DNA of 64,000 nt from contig CP086569.2 in NCBI GenBank assembly GCA_009914755.4, positions 6,944,001 through 7,008,000 of the forward strand, in the 5' to 3' direction. The stretch's first letter is position 1. The number at the start of each line of letters is the position of its first letter. The stretch is from the human T2T-CHM13v2.0 reference genome, Homo sapiens. Positions 1 through 13,295 of this stretch are shown one piece after another. The notes beneath the pieces are model-generated. The model was not told where the DNA came from and searched no databases. It saw only the letters and a program-made list of their open reading frames with translations. Both the position numbers and the translations under genes were made by a program.

Positions 1-290
1 CCCTCTTGCAGCCCAGTTGAGCCCATTCTCTGCCCAAGCACCTTATAAACAGGCCATTAACCCTCCATCTCCATATGTTTCACGCCCTTATTTCATACAT
101 TATAGTATTTAATGTTCTTTTACTGATTTTTCGCAGGGTGGAAAATGTCAAGGAAAGGAACTGAGTTTGACAGTTTTAAATTCATACATTCTGCTGTCAA
201 CATTACTTTGAAACAATTATTTAATGCAGTGCATCGGTTTCATTTAACATAAACCTATGTAGATGAAATATTTTGATAGTCACATTTTAA

Positions 291-752
<462 letters not shown>

Positions 753-769
753 TCTCCACCCATCTGTAG

Positions 770-1480
<711 letters not shown>

Positions 1481-1788
1481 TTTTACATTTTTTGAAGTGC
1501 ATTTTCCACATGGCCACCTCTCTTGGAGTGCCTGTGAGGAACACAATGCTGTCCTTCTTGATGTCTCTGCAGGGCCACTGCGACGCTGTCTTCTTGCAAA
1601 GATTTCTGTCCATGATGTCTCAACATTGAATGTTTGGGTTTTTTTCTCTTGCATTTTAGGGAGAATTGGGGCTCATCCATCCTCACCTTCTCTCTCCCAT
1701 TGAATTGGTGCATCCTGTTTTGTTAGCACCTGGAATGCCCATGTTCAAGGTTCTTTAAGCACCTCAGTTTAAGGAAAGAAATGCAGAA

Positions 1789-2099
1789 TTTTGTTTTTGT
1801 TTTTTTTTTTTTTGAGACGGAGTCTTGGTCTGTTGCCCAGGCTGGAGAGTACGCAGTGGCGCAGTCTTGGCTCACTGCAAGCTCTGCCTCCCGGGTTCAT
1901 GCCTTTCTTCTGCCTCAGCCTCCTGAGTAGCTGGGACTACAGGCACCCGCCACCACATCTGGCTATTTTTTTGGATTTTTAGTAGAGACGGGGTTTTGCC
2001 ATTTTAGCCAGGATGATCTCGATCTCCTGACCTCGTGATTCCCCTGCCTCAGCCTCCCAAAGTGCTGGGATTACAGGTGTGAGCCACTGTGCCCGGCTG
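1789..2099 (-). mobile_element. Alu SINE, full length
   Basis: Poly-T then gagacggagtcttggtctgttgcccaggctgg ... gtgagccactgtgcccggc. Confidence 0.9.
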
Positions 2100-2339
2100 A
2101 GGCTTAGGAATTCTTATAGTTGACTGACATTTACAATTTATTAAGGAACTTACTTTTTAAGTGTATAATCCTCAAAACATCTTTAAAAAAATGGTGATTT
2201 TTTTGTTATCCAAGTTACTTTGACATCAGCCATTTGCTGACCCACCACATAATTTCTCATTATGTTACCTTATTACTGGCTGAGTTAATATGCTTACTAG
2301 GGACCTGTATATGACTTTTCCAATTAAAAGTAAGTTAAG

Positions 2340-2648
2340 TCTGGGCGCAATCGCTCACGCCTGTAATCTCAGCACTTTGGGAGGCTGAGGTGGGAGGATC
2401 ACTTGAGCCCAGGAATTTGAGACCATCCTGGGCAACAAAGAGATCTCAAAAACAAAATTAGCCAAACATGGTGTTGCATGCCTGTAGCATCAGCTGCTTG
2501 GGAGGCTGAGGCGGGCTGATGGGTTGAGCCCAGCAGTTTATGCTGCAGTAAGCTGAGATTGCATCACTGTGCTCTAGCCTGTGGGACAGAGTAAGACCTG
2601 TCTCTAAAAAAATTAATTAATTAATTAATTAAAAATAAATAAATAAAA
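2340..2648 (+). mobile_element. Alu SINE, full length, with an (AATT/AAAT)n tail
   Basis: ctgggcgcaatcgctcacgcctgtaatc...cactttgggaggctgagg, with an A-rich tail 2610-2648. Confidence 0.9.
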
Positions 2649-2823
2649 GTAAGTCCAAATGGAGATGGTTGGTGGTGTTGGTGGGAATGGATGACATTAT
2701 GAATGTATTTAACACCACTAATCTGTACACTTAAAAATTGTTAAGATGGTAAATTTTATGTTGTGCATAGCTTACCATAATTAACAAATAATAGATTTAA
2801 AACAAACAAAGTAAGTATATTCA

Positions 2824-2965
2824 GTGCCAGGTGTAGTGGCTCACACTTGCAATCTTAGCACTTTGGGGCATTGAGGTGGGAGGATTGCCTAAAGCCAGGA
2901 GTTCAAGACCAGCCTGGGCAACAGAGTGAGACCCCATCTTAAAAAAAAAACAAAAACCAAAAGAA
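2824..2965 (+). mobile_element. Alu monomer (FLAM-like)
   Basis: A single left-monomer-like unit (gtgtagtggctcacacttgcaatc...gaccagcctgggcaacagagtgagac) plus an A tail. Confidence 0.75.
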
Positions 2966-3284
2966 GAAAACATTCACTTTCTTTCTGGATCATAAGTAGA
3001 GACCCAGACCTGCCTATGTGTCTTCAATGGACATCTTAAGACTTATGTTTTGGACATATCAGACTTTTGGAATAAAGGAGCTGAGTTGGGAGTGCAAACT
3101 CCTCTTCTTGTCCATTGCTCTGTGGCAGGAGATTTTGCTCTCAGCCCCCACTTACTGGTGTGAGATCCTTGATTCTGGAAGGTGAGCTGTGCTGTTCAGC
3201 CCACAGGTCCTCATGAATGTCTATATTCAGTGCCACGCAGAATAAGAAGAAACACACACCAGCTCTGTTTCTATGAAGCTTACT

Positions 3285-3582
3285 TTTTGTTGTTGTTGTT
3301 GAGAGGGGGTCTTGCTCTGTCTCCCAGGCTGGAGTGCAGTGGTGCAGTCATGGCACTTATTGCAGCCTCTACCTCCTGGGCTCAAGAGATCCTCCCTGCT
3401 CAGCCTCCTGCGTAACTGGGACCACAGATGTGCACCACCATGCCCAGCTAATTTTTAAATTTTTTGTAGAGACAGGGTTTCGCCATGTTGCCTGGGCTGG
3501 TCTTGAATGCCTGGGCTCCGGTGATCCACCTGCCTTGGCCTCCCAAAGTGCTAGGATTACAGACATGTGCCACCGAGCCTGG
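3285..3582 (-). mobile_element. Alu SINE, full length
   Basis: (TTG)n/T-rich leader and an Alu reverse complement ending in gccaccgagcctgg. Confidence 0.9.
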
Positions 3583-3974
3583 TTTTGCTTACTTTTTCTT
3601 TTTTTTTTTAAGTTCCTCTTAGCCTATCTTGGGGAGGTGGGTCAGTGTTATTCAGATGTACATACAACACAATCACCCACACTGGGAGAAGTCCTTGCTA
3701 AATGGATAGGGCTGGGTAACCACTGCCACATGGGACATTTGGGAAGCCGATGTTTGAATGTTTTCACGCTTACAGATGCATTCATTTACTACGTTTATTA
3801 TTCTGTGTGATATGCTTTCTGTGTGTTATTTCACTTAAACCCAGTGGGGGTAAATATTGTGATCCCTATTTGGTAGATGAATTTTAGAGAGGTTAGAGGG
3901 CTTGTCACAGTCACACAGCTTTTAATCTTGATGGGATGACACCTCTAGAATGAGGCTTAATAGTGAGATGGCTG

Positions 3975-4175
3975 CGGAAGGAAAAAAGTAGGAAGGAGAG
4001 CAAGAGAGAAGGAAGGAAGGAAGAAAGTAGGGAGAAAGGAAGGAAAGGAGAGGGAAGGAAGGGAAAAAGTAGGAAGGAAAGAAAAGGAAGGAAAGAAGCA
4101 GACAGGAAGGATGGAAAGAAGGAATGAGAGGAAAGTAGGAAGGAAACCGATGAAAGGAGGGAAGGGCGAAGGAAC
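3975..4175 (+). repeat. Polypurine (GGAA/GGAAA)n-rich simple repeat, ~200 bp
   Basis: A continuous A/G-only tract with iterated ggaagg/ggaaag motifs. Confidence 0.9.
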
Positions 4176-4245
4176 AGGTCCCCTGTTCAGGTGAGTTTAT
4201 TCCCAGGAAGGACCCAAGATGAAAAGTGTGTAAGAATTGTTTTAG

Positions 4246-4958
4246 GACAGGCATTGTGGCTCATGCCTGTCATCCCAGCACTTTGAGAGGCTGAGGCACG
4301 AGGATTGCTTGAGGCCAGGGGTTGAAGACTGCCCTGGGCAACACAGCAAGACCCTGTCGCTATAAAAAATAAATAAAATTAGCTGAGTGTGGTGGCTTGT
4401 ACCTGTAGTCCCAGCTACTCAGGAGACTGACACAAGAGGTTTAGGGAAAATGAAAAACAGAACAAAAAACAGGCCGGGCATGGTGGCTCGTGCCTGTAAT
4501 CCCAGCATTTTGGGAGGCCAAGGAGGGTGGATCAGGAGGCCAGGAGTTCAAGACCAGCGTGGCCAAGATGGTGAAACCCCGTCTCTACTAAAAATACAAA
4601 AAAATTACCCAGATGCGGTGGTGGGCACCTGTAATCCCAGCTACTTGGGAGGGTAAGGGAGAAAATTGCTTCAGCTGGGGAGGCAGAAATTGCAGTGAGC
4701 CAAGATGGTGCCACTGCACTCCAGCCTGGGTGACAGAGTGACACTCTTGTCTCAAAAAAAAAAAAAAAAAAAAAAAATTAGCTGGCTGTGGTGGTGCATG
4801 CTTGTAATCCTAGCTACTTGGGAGTCTGAGGCCAGAGGATTGCTTGAACCCAGGAAGTGGCGGTTGCAGTGAGCTGTGATTGTGCCACTATACTCCAGTC
4901 TGAGCCAAAGAGAGGACTCCATCTCACATAATAAAAATAAAAATAAATAAATAAAAAC
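4246..4958 (+). mobile_element. Three adjacent or nested Alu copies: a truncated Alu at 4246-4432, a full-length Alu at 4472-4776, and a right-arm fragment at 4777-4958
   Basis: ggcattgtggctcatgcctgtcatccc...; caggccgggcatggtggctcgtgcctg... with a poly-A at 4754-4776; then ttagctggctgtggtggtgcatgc... with an (AAATA)n tail. Confidence 0.85.
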
Positions 4959-5483
4959 AGAAACGAGAACACAGACACACACAGAGGATGGCCTGGTGAG
5001 GACACAGGAAGATGGCATCTCCAAGCCATGAGAGAGGTCTCAGGGGGAACCAGCCCTGCCCACACCTTGATGTCTGACTTCCATCCTCCAGGCCTGTGGG
5101 AGAAGAAAGTTCTCTTTAAGTCCCCTCGTCTGTGTGGTGTTATTATGGTAGTCTGAGCAAAATACTTTATTTAGATAGAAGTCTGCCAGAATTAGGGCCC
5201 TGTAATGCTTTCCAGGATGAATTGAGGTCAGAGCATAGTTCGTAGGTTCTTTTTTACATTTACTATTAGCCACTAGATTTTTTTTTCAGTAGACTAGCAA
5301 ATACTGCAGAAGCTGAATTAGACGACAGCTTAAGTCAGATCTTTATGCACCTCAGAATATTTGTACTGATTAAAAGAAATAACCAACACTTGATAGGGGG
5401 AAAGATTGAGACACAGAAAGTAGTCTCTCCCTGTGACCAATCCTAACAAATTCTTGCTTAACTACCTTATTTTTTTTGGATGA

Positions 5484-5899
<416 letters not shown>

Positions 5900-6261
5900 T
5901 AGTTTACAATTTGAACTTGGTTTTTCATCTCGGCTCCTTTGAAGACTTCTGTCTTCTCCCATGTTTGGGGCAGCTGTGTGTTGTGGACATTCCTTAGTGA
6001 TCGGCCTGGGAAGGCTCAGACATGTCTAGGCTGCCTTTGTAGGAATAGGGATTAGTAGCTCCTTAGCCCCACTCTTTCCTGGGATGTTGCTGTTTGCTGA
6101 GGTCTGCACAGTTCAGACCACCCTGGAAGCCTCTCTCAGGTTCTCAGAGATGGTGGAGTTATACCTTTGACCGTGAGCTCGCAGCATTGCTAGGGAATGT
6201 ACTTGGCTAAATTTGGAACTATTTGGTTGAATTTGTACCCCTTGGGCATATTTGCTTTGGT

Positions 6262-6688
6262 AACATACCACAGACTGGGTGCCTTAAAATAACAGAAGTT
6301 AATTGTTTCACAGTCCTGGAGACCACAACTCTGAAGTGCAGATGCAGCAGGGCTGTGCTCCCTCTGCGGGCTCTAGGGGAGGCTCCTTCCTGCCTCTCCC
6401 AGCTCCTGGGGGCTCCAGGCGTCCCTGAGCTTGTGGCCGCATCACTGCGGTCTCTGCCTCCGTCTCCACGTGGCCTTCTCCTCTGTGCCTGTGTCTTCTC
6501 TTCTTCTCTTACAGGAACACCCGTCATTGTGTTTAGGGTCCACTCCAATTTTGGATGACCTCACCTTGAGATCTTTAACTTAATTACATCTGCAAAGACC
6601 CTTTTCCCAAATGAGGTCTCATTTACAGGTTCTGTGGGTCAGGACATGGACATATCTTTCTGGGAGACCATAGTTCAGTCCACTACAG
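6262..6688 (+). mobile_element. MLT1-like ERVL-MaLR LTR, copy 1
   Basis: Contains accacagactgggtgccttaaaataacagaagtt...ttcacagtcctggagacc...gtcattg.gtttagggtccac...catctgcaaagaccc...tcatttacaggt...catagttcagtcca, which are characteristic MaLR MLT1 motifs. Confidence 0.6.
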
Positions 6689-6692
6689 TTGT

Positions 6693-6885
6693 ATCCAGTT
6701 GTTTCTGGAGGCTCCAGGGGAAGCTCCTTCCTGCCTCTCCCAGCTCCTGGGGGCTCCAAGTGTCCCTGGGCTTGTGGCCGCATCACTCTACTCTCTGTGT
6801 CTTTCTCCAGGTGGCCTTCTCCTCTGTGTCTGTGTCTCCTTATTAGTTTCACCACTCATATTGGACTGCCTCCAGGATGACCTTA

Positions 6886-6929
<44 letters not shown>

Positions 6930-7158
6930 TTTTTAAATTTCATTTTTTTAAAAAGTGGAGACGGGGTCTTGCTGTCTTTCCCAGACTGGTCTCGAATGCC
7001 TGTGCTGGGATTACAGGGGTGAGCCACTGTGCCCAGCCTTTGTGTATATCTTAATCACATCTGCAAAGACCCTGTTTGCAACTAAGGTCCCATTCACAGG
7101 TACCAAGGATTAGGATGTCAACGTATCTTTTCCAGGGCACCCCATTCAACGCACACAA
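6693..7158 (+). mobile_element. MLT1-like LTR, copy 2. It is 5'-truncated and directly abuts copy 1. It is interrupted by a (TA)n run at 6889-6920 plus a T-run at 6921-6934, and by an antisense Alu fragment at 6955-7040
   Basis: 6700-6850 is ~85% identical to 6355-6500 of copy 1. It resumes at 7041 with ..atcacatctgcaaagaccctgtttgcaactaaggtcccattcacaggtacc... Confidence 0.6.
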
Positions 7159-7774
7159 AGTAGGGAGAGGGGAGATTGGCTGTGTTTAGGTGACCTGTGA
7201 AAGGCCGAGCTAGCTGTGCGGTGTTGCTCTTGCAGCACAGAGGAAGAACTGGGCTCAGATGGTGTCAGCTGTTGGTGTCTGAGATCATCCGTGAATCTAC
7301 TCCCGGGAATGTGCTGCAGTGAGACACGGTCCTTCTCCCGTCACCTTCCTCACCCCATCCCATATACCCATGGACCCCAAGGGAAAGTACTCAGGGTTGG
7401 TTGGTTTCTTTTCCGTTTTGTGACCGCGTGAAATTCCATGTCACGGTCCCTGTGTTTATTCCATACAGATCTCCTAAAGTGTTTTGAGTTCTAGCAAAAT
7501 TTAAAAATATAACCAAAGAAACTTAAATCCTTGTTTCTCCTCTTTCTGGACACTTCTTTAGTATGAATGGCCTGCTGTCTTCCCTCTGTTTCTGCTGGCC
7601 GCCACGTTCCTTCCCTCCAAAGTCACAGGCAAGAGGGATTTAGGGTTTGCTGGGCTTGAGGAAGAGAGGAAAAGCCCATCTCTTTTCACAGTGAGAAACA
7701 TGTTTTTTGCGCTTTCTCATACCCCACTTTGTACATTTTAAAATTTAATTTTTCTTTAGATTTCTGAACCGAGA

Positions 7775-7994
7775 GATTTTATTTATGTATTTATTTATTT
7801 ATTTATTTATGAGACAAAATCTCCTTCTGTTGCCCAGGCTGCAGTGCAATGGTGCAGTCTCAGCTCTGCCACCTCCGCCTGCCAGGTTCAAGAGATTCTC
7901 ATGCCTCAGACTCTGGAGTAGCTGGGATTACAGGTACCTGCCACCACGCCTGGCTAATTATTTTTGTATTTTTACTACAGACGCGGTCTCACTA
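7775..7994 (-). mobile_element. Alu SINE, 5'-truncated in the sense orientation (right arm only), with a (TTTA)n leader
   Basis: tttatttatttatttatgagacaaaatctccttctgttgcccaggctgcagtgcaatgg ... ggctaattatttttgtatttttactacagacgcggtctcac. Confidence 0.8.
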
Positions 7995-9543
7995 AAATTA
8001 AAAGAAAAGACATAAACTGCACATCAGATTTCCCTCGTGCGTAACACTACTACTTAGCTTGGAGAGAGATGGAGGGGATCTCTAGGGTGGGGAATGGACC
8101 ACTTACCTTCAAGATCTCTCTTTATCAGGAAGGAAATATCTGACCTGCCTAGAAACACTTGAAAATACTCTTTTTTTATGTCTTATTGGGCAAAGCTGGG
8201 TCAGATGGCCACCCTTAGCTGCAGAGAAGGCTACAAATAGGCATTTTCTACTCAAGTGGGATAATGGTTATCTGGCAAATGTGTACTGGAGAGCCTCAGG
8301 AAAATCTACCAGCACCATTAAATGTTGCCTTTGTCTTCTGTGCACTTAAGCTGATAAACTTTAAACATTACAGCATGCCACTTCTGTCTGCTTTGAATAA
8401 GGTTGTTTACCGACATACTTCTGCAATCTGATTGTGGCATTGGTGGGACTGGCCACATCTACCCCAGGGTAGCACAAAGATCTGCTGCAGTGCATAAATA
8501 ACGTGTTTTGAGTTTTGTGTGTTTATAACTCACACAGCTCAGAGAAGGCTTTAGTCACAGAAGTGTAAAAAATCTGTGGAGTCATAGCTGTTGTTCTTAA
8601 AGTAGGCATGGAGAATTATCTCCATTGAGGGTCAAATACAAGTGCTAAGAAGACAGAATGTTATGCGGTAAACACAGCCAAGTAATAAATGGTTTTCTTG
8701 GAGTGGGTGATAGAGAAAGATAAATAAGGAGGAAGGAAGCAGACAGAGGAAGAAAAGTCAAGGACCATATTTATTGCATTATTAGAATTTTAGGGTGTGG
8801 CAAGAATTTAATGTTTCCTAATAATATGCAAGTTCTGTTGGAAAGAAGAGCAACAGGAGACTAAAAGGCTGCTCTGTTGCCCATTTCATAGGTCCAATGG
8901 CAGGATAAGCTTGGGTTGGATGCCAGTGTTCCTGATTCCTAATTGTGTTTTATCCGGTTGAAACATCAGTGGCTGTAGTTAAAAACACCTAAATTTTATT
9001 AATTCACAGTCCTGAAAGCCCTTCTTCCACTTCCTGTCTTTGACCTGATTACACCTAATTTTGTCCACAGGATGTTACACTGTTAGTAATAAAACCTATT
9101 TTATTTCCAAATTAACCAAGAGAATATACTTTAAAAATTTACTATTTTCATTATTTGTTTACTTTTTTTAAAAAATTGAACACTTGTCAGCTATTGACAT
9201 TGTTTACTTCTTACACTTTCTCTTTATTTTGGAGTTTACTTTCTATTTCTGCCATAATAAAATATTCGTTATTGGAAACTTTACTTAAAAAGCAAAGGTT
9301 GCTTCTCCGCCTTTCCCAGTTGCCCTATAAGCTAGTAAATTCATCATTCATTAGCTTATATATTTTACAACACGGGGATTTTAGTTTACAGCAAATACTT
9401 TAAAAAATTCTTTTCATGTTACAATGTGCAATCAATGGCATTCCAGACTCTTGGAAGGAAATCCATTGTATGGTTGTGTTCTTTTTTTTCTTCTCAAACC
9501 AATAAAAAATTCCCAGTCACAATTTTAAAAATTATCTGTCCTT

Positions 9544-9690
9544 GGTGGTGCACAGCCCATAGTCCCAAATGCTTGGGCTGACGTGGGAGGATTGCTTGAG
9601 CCTGGTAGGTCAAGGCTGCAGTGAGCTATGATTGCACCACTGCACTCCAGCCTGGGCAACAGAGAGAGACCCTGTCTCAAAAAAATAGAC
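9544..9690 (+). mobile_element. Alu right-arm fragment
   Basis: ggtggtgcacagcccatagtcccaaatgcttgggctgacgtgggaggattgcttgagcc...ctgtctcaaaaaaa. Confidence 0.8.
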
Positions 9691-9952
9691 GAAACAACAT
9701 AACGTGATCCACCCTCTAAGCAAATTTTCATGTATACAATTTCACTATTGTATATGTGAGATTTTTATATATGAAATTTCACATGTCAATTCAGTATTGT
9801 TAACTGTAGGAACTGGGTGTATGGTCAATCTCCGTGGTTTATGTATGTTGCTCATCCTTTAATCAATATATTTCCCCTTCCCTATCAAGGCCTATCTTCT
9901 GATAACTGTCTCTCTACTCTCTACTTCTATGAGTTTGACTATTTTAGATTCT

Positions 9953-10320
9953 GCGTTAGTCCATTCTCATGCTGCTAATAAAGACATACCTGAGACTGGT
10001 TAATTTATAAAGGAAAGAGGTTTAATGGACTCACAGTTCCACATGGCTGCAGAGGTTCTGACAGTCATGGCAGAAGGTAAAAGGAGGAGCAAAGTCACGT
10101 CTTACATGGCAGCAGGCAAGAAGAGAGCGTGAGCAGGGAAACTCCCATTTATTAAAACATCTGATCTCGTGAGACTTATTCACTATCAGGAGGACAACAT
10201 GGGAAAACCCACCCCCATGATTCAGTTACCTCCCACCTGGTCTCTCCCACAACACGTGGGGATTATGGGAGCCACACTTTAAGATTAGACTTGGGTGGGG
10301 ACACAGCCAAGCCATGTCAG
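9953..10320 (-). mobile_element. THE1/MST-family ERVL-MaLR solo LTR (~365 bp), reverse complement
   Basis: The reverse complement of the THE1-type LTR, running from ..tattagtccattctcatgctgctaataaagacatacctgagactgg.taatttataaaggaaagaggtttaat through to ..tgggtggggacacagccaagccatgtca. Confidence 0.75.
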
Positions 10321-10612
10321 ATTCCTTGTATAAGTGAGATCATGCAATATTTAATATTTGTTTTTCTGTGCCTATCTTATTTCACTGAACATAATGGCCT
10401 CCAGTTCCATCCATGTTGCTGCAAATGCCAGAGTTTCCTTCTTTTTTTAGGGCTGAATGGTATTCCATCGTATATATGTACCATGTTTTCTTTATCCATT
10501 TGCCCTTGGACGGACACTGAGGTTGTTTCCACGTCTTGGCTGTTGTGATTAGTGCTGCCATAAACATGGGAGTGCAGGTGTCTGGAAGATCCTAGTTCTC
10601 TTGGGTTTTGCA
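10321..10612 (-). mobile_element. Old L1 (L1M/L1PB-like) ORF2-region fragment, antisense
   Basis: ttcactgaacataatggcctccagttccatccatgttgctgcaaatgcc...ctgaatggtattccat.gtatatatgtaccatgttttctttatccatt...gttgtttccacgtcttggctgttgtgattagtgctgccataaacatgggagtgcag is the reverse complement of the L1 ORF2 3' region. Confidence 0.75.
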
Positions 10613-10965
10613 ATCTAGCATAAAGCAGGCACAGGAGTATCAGCCAATGAATGGATAGGTAAATGGATCAATATTGATTAGTGAGTTTGCTCGTCAACAG
10701 ATGTTGGTTCCTCAGAAGGATAAACTTCCAAACCATCCTTTCTCTGAAAGTCAGTTTCTGAGAAGCCTCCTCTGCTGTTTGGGGTGGGTGTGATCACATA
10801 ATACGGGAGGGCAGTTTTGTTTTAGTTACTCATCTCTGTCTGCAGCTGTGAATGGGTTGTCTAAAAATATTGCTGAGAATTGACTTGCATGTCAGTAAGG
10901 GGCTGCTGACTCTGGGATCAAGGTAGATCAAAGACAATTTAGGGATACTCTAGAAATCCTGCATC

Positions 10966-11203
10966 AGTTGCAGTGGCTCATGCCTGTAGTCCCAGCACTT
11001 TGGGAGGCTGAAGCAGGAGGATCGCTTGAGCCTAGGAGTTCAAGCCTAGCCTGAGCAATGTAGTATAACCTCTTCTCTACAAAAAGTACAAAAATTAACC
11101 AGGTAGGCTGAGGCGGGAAGATTGCTTGAGCCCAGGAGGCAGAGGCTGCAGTGAGCTGTGATGGTGTCACTGTACTCCAGCTTGGGCGACAGAGTAAAGT
11201 CAT
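10966..11203 (+). mobile_element. Alu SINE with internal deletions
   Basis: gcagtggctcatgcctgtagtcccagcactttgggaggctgaag...gcagtgagctgtgatggtgtcactgtactccagcttgggcgacagagtaa. Confidence 0.85.
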
Positions 11204-11284
11204 TCATTCCAGTAACTGAAGAACATTTATGCTACGTGAAGAATATTTCAATATGCATGTGAACACATGCATACCTTATAGGAT

Positions 11285-11700
11285 CAATGTGTTACAGGAA
11301 GAGGAGGAGGATGAAGAGAAGAAGAGGAGGAGAAAGAAGGAGAAACAAGCAAAGCGTGTTTACATTGAAAAAGTGCTCCCAAGATACTATAGAGATTTTG
11401 ATTTTCTTTTATATCTCATTGACTGTTAGATTTCTTCATTTAGATGCACCCCAGTGGGAGGAAGAGGAGGGAGAAGAGGAGGAGATGGAGGAGGAGGAAG
11501 TGGAAAATAAAAGGAAATAGAGGAGGAGGAGGAGGTGAAAGAGAAGGAGGAGAAGATTGAGGAAGAGAAAAAAGAGAAGGCAGAGATGGAGGAGGAGGGG
11601 AAGGAAGAGAAGAAAGTGTTTGGATTGAAAATGTCCCAGCAGAATACAGTAGAGCTGTTGGTTTTCTTTTGTATTTGTAGTGGTTGCAGTTGTCTTTCTT
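11285..11700 (+). repeat. Two-copy tandem duplication of a ~200-bp module: a polypurine (GAG/GGA)n tract followed by a ~90-bp unique segment
   Basis: 11290-11345 (gaagaggaggaggatgaagag...) plus gtgtttacattgaaaaagtgctcccaagatactatagagattttgattttcttttatatctcattgactgtt, repeated as 11456-11615 (GA-rich) plus gtgtttggattgaaaatgtcccagcagaatacagtagagctgttggttttcttttgtatttgtagtggttgcagttg. Confidence 0.8.
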
Positions 11701-12259
11701 TCTGTTTGTGGGTACCTATAGCACTTCATCGCAATCCACGGCAGATTGTAGAATATGGACTCCATGCTTTGAGCAAGTTAGTGTGTCTTAAGAAGAGAGC
11801 AGTGTTGAGGAGGTCTGCCTGTTTTATACCCTGTCTGGATTACTGATAAAACCAGAGAGCCTGAAGAGAAAAAGACATGTTACATAAATACATTTACTGT
11901 TACTCTAATGCTTCTATATCTGGGCCTGTGGGGCATATGTGGGTGTGCTCTCTGCAAAGACTGATCTGCAGAAATTATGGCCAGTTTGTCCCCAAATTGA
12001 AGAAGCAGATGGCTCTCTCTGTCTCCTTCTCTCTCGCTCTTTCTCTCTCTGCAATTTCTGTATTCAGTGGAAAATTCCAGGTGATCGCCTCTCACTAAAT
12101 GCCATCAGCCCACGTTCACCATGACACAAAGTCTCTGAAAGTTTCACTTGGGGTCTGTGTTTGCTGTCCTGGTGCAGCCCCCCACTGATTGCATGGCTGC
12201 GGTGGTTTTTCCCTTTGTCAGGAGACTTAATGACCTCTGTCGATTTCTTCTCTCTCCAG

Positions 12260-12428
12260 GCACTGGGACGTTCGGGCGGGTGCACCTGGTGAAGGAGAAG
12301 ACAGCCAAGCATTTCTTCGCCCTCAAGGTGATGAGCATTCCCGACGTCATCCGCCGGAAGCAGGAGCAGCACGTGCACAATGAGAAGTCTGTCCTGAAGG
12401 AAGTCAGCCACCCGTTCCTCATCAGGCT
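12260..12428 (+). CDS. PRKY: Internal coding exon of PRKX/PRKY-family cAMP-dependent Ser/Thr protein kinase (glycine loop and beta3 Lys region: ..GTGTFGRVHLVKEKTAKHFFALKVMSIPDVIRRKQEQHVHNEKSVLKEVSHPFLIRL)
   Basis: Pyrimidine tract plus AG acceptor at 12258-12259 and GT donor (gtgagt) at 12429-12434. The translation has the GxGxxG glycine loop and the invariant AxK Lys and matches PRKX/PRKY. RRKQ and the + orientation favour the Y copy, but this could be PRKX. Confidence 0.88.
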
Positions 12429-12942
12429 GTGAGTCCCCTCCTGAGGCCTCTCCCGACGCACTCTCCCTAGACCCCTGTGTGTCTCTTCTTATAAGAAGCT
12501 GGGTGGGCCGAGACCATGGCCTGCGTGCAAAGCCTTAGGCCACAGCAGTCTCCACCTGTCAGGTCTTATCAGCCTCTGATCTTAGAGCTGGAATACCTCC
12601 AGGGCTCCTGACCTCCATGGCTGACCAGGTCCAAAAAGAAATGCTCTGTGTTCAGAAGTCCGTGCCCAAGGCCCCTTGCTCCTCTCCTGGGTGAGCGAAG
12701 TATCTCTGCCCGGAAAAGGATGCAGGAATCTTTGTCTCCTCACCTCCTTGGGTTCTGCATCTATAGCTCTCGGCAGAACTGGTTAAGTTGGTTTTTAAGG
12801 GACCACAGTCACGTGGACGGGGCTGGGCTTCAGGTTTCGTTGGGTTTCTGGTTGACTGTGGATGAGAGATACCCCGTTTAGATGCAGCCCACACACTTCC
12901 AGCTGATGGTACACAGCAGTCTTATGTCCTAGGGTAAGTGTG

Positions 12943-13295
12943 TTAGTCCATTCAGGCTGCTATAACAAAGGATCTTAGACTCGGTAATTTACAAATGACA
13001 GACATTTGCCTCATGGTTCTGGAGGCTGGAAAGTCCAAGATCAAGACACGGTGGATTCAGTATCTGGCGAGGACCCGCTTCCTGGTTCATAGATGGCACC
13101 TTTTCACTGTGTCCTCACATGGTGGAAGGGGTGAGGGATCTCTCTGGGGTCCCTTTTATAAGGGCACTCGTCCCATTCATGAGACTCCACCCTCATGACC
13201 TCCCAAAGGACACACCACCTAACACCATCACCTGTGGGTGAGGATCCAACATAGGGATTTGGGAGGACACAAGAAATTCAGGCCATTCCAGCAGG
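12943..13295 (+). mobile_element. MLT1-like ERVL-MaLR LTR
   Basis: gttagtccattcaggctgctataacaaa...ggttctggaggctggaaagtccaagatcaag...tgtcctcacatggtggaagggg...cttttataagggcactcgtcccattcatgag...atagggatttgggaggacacaag. Confidence 0.6.
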
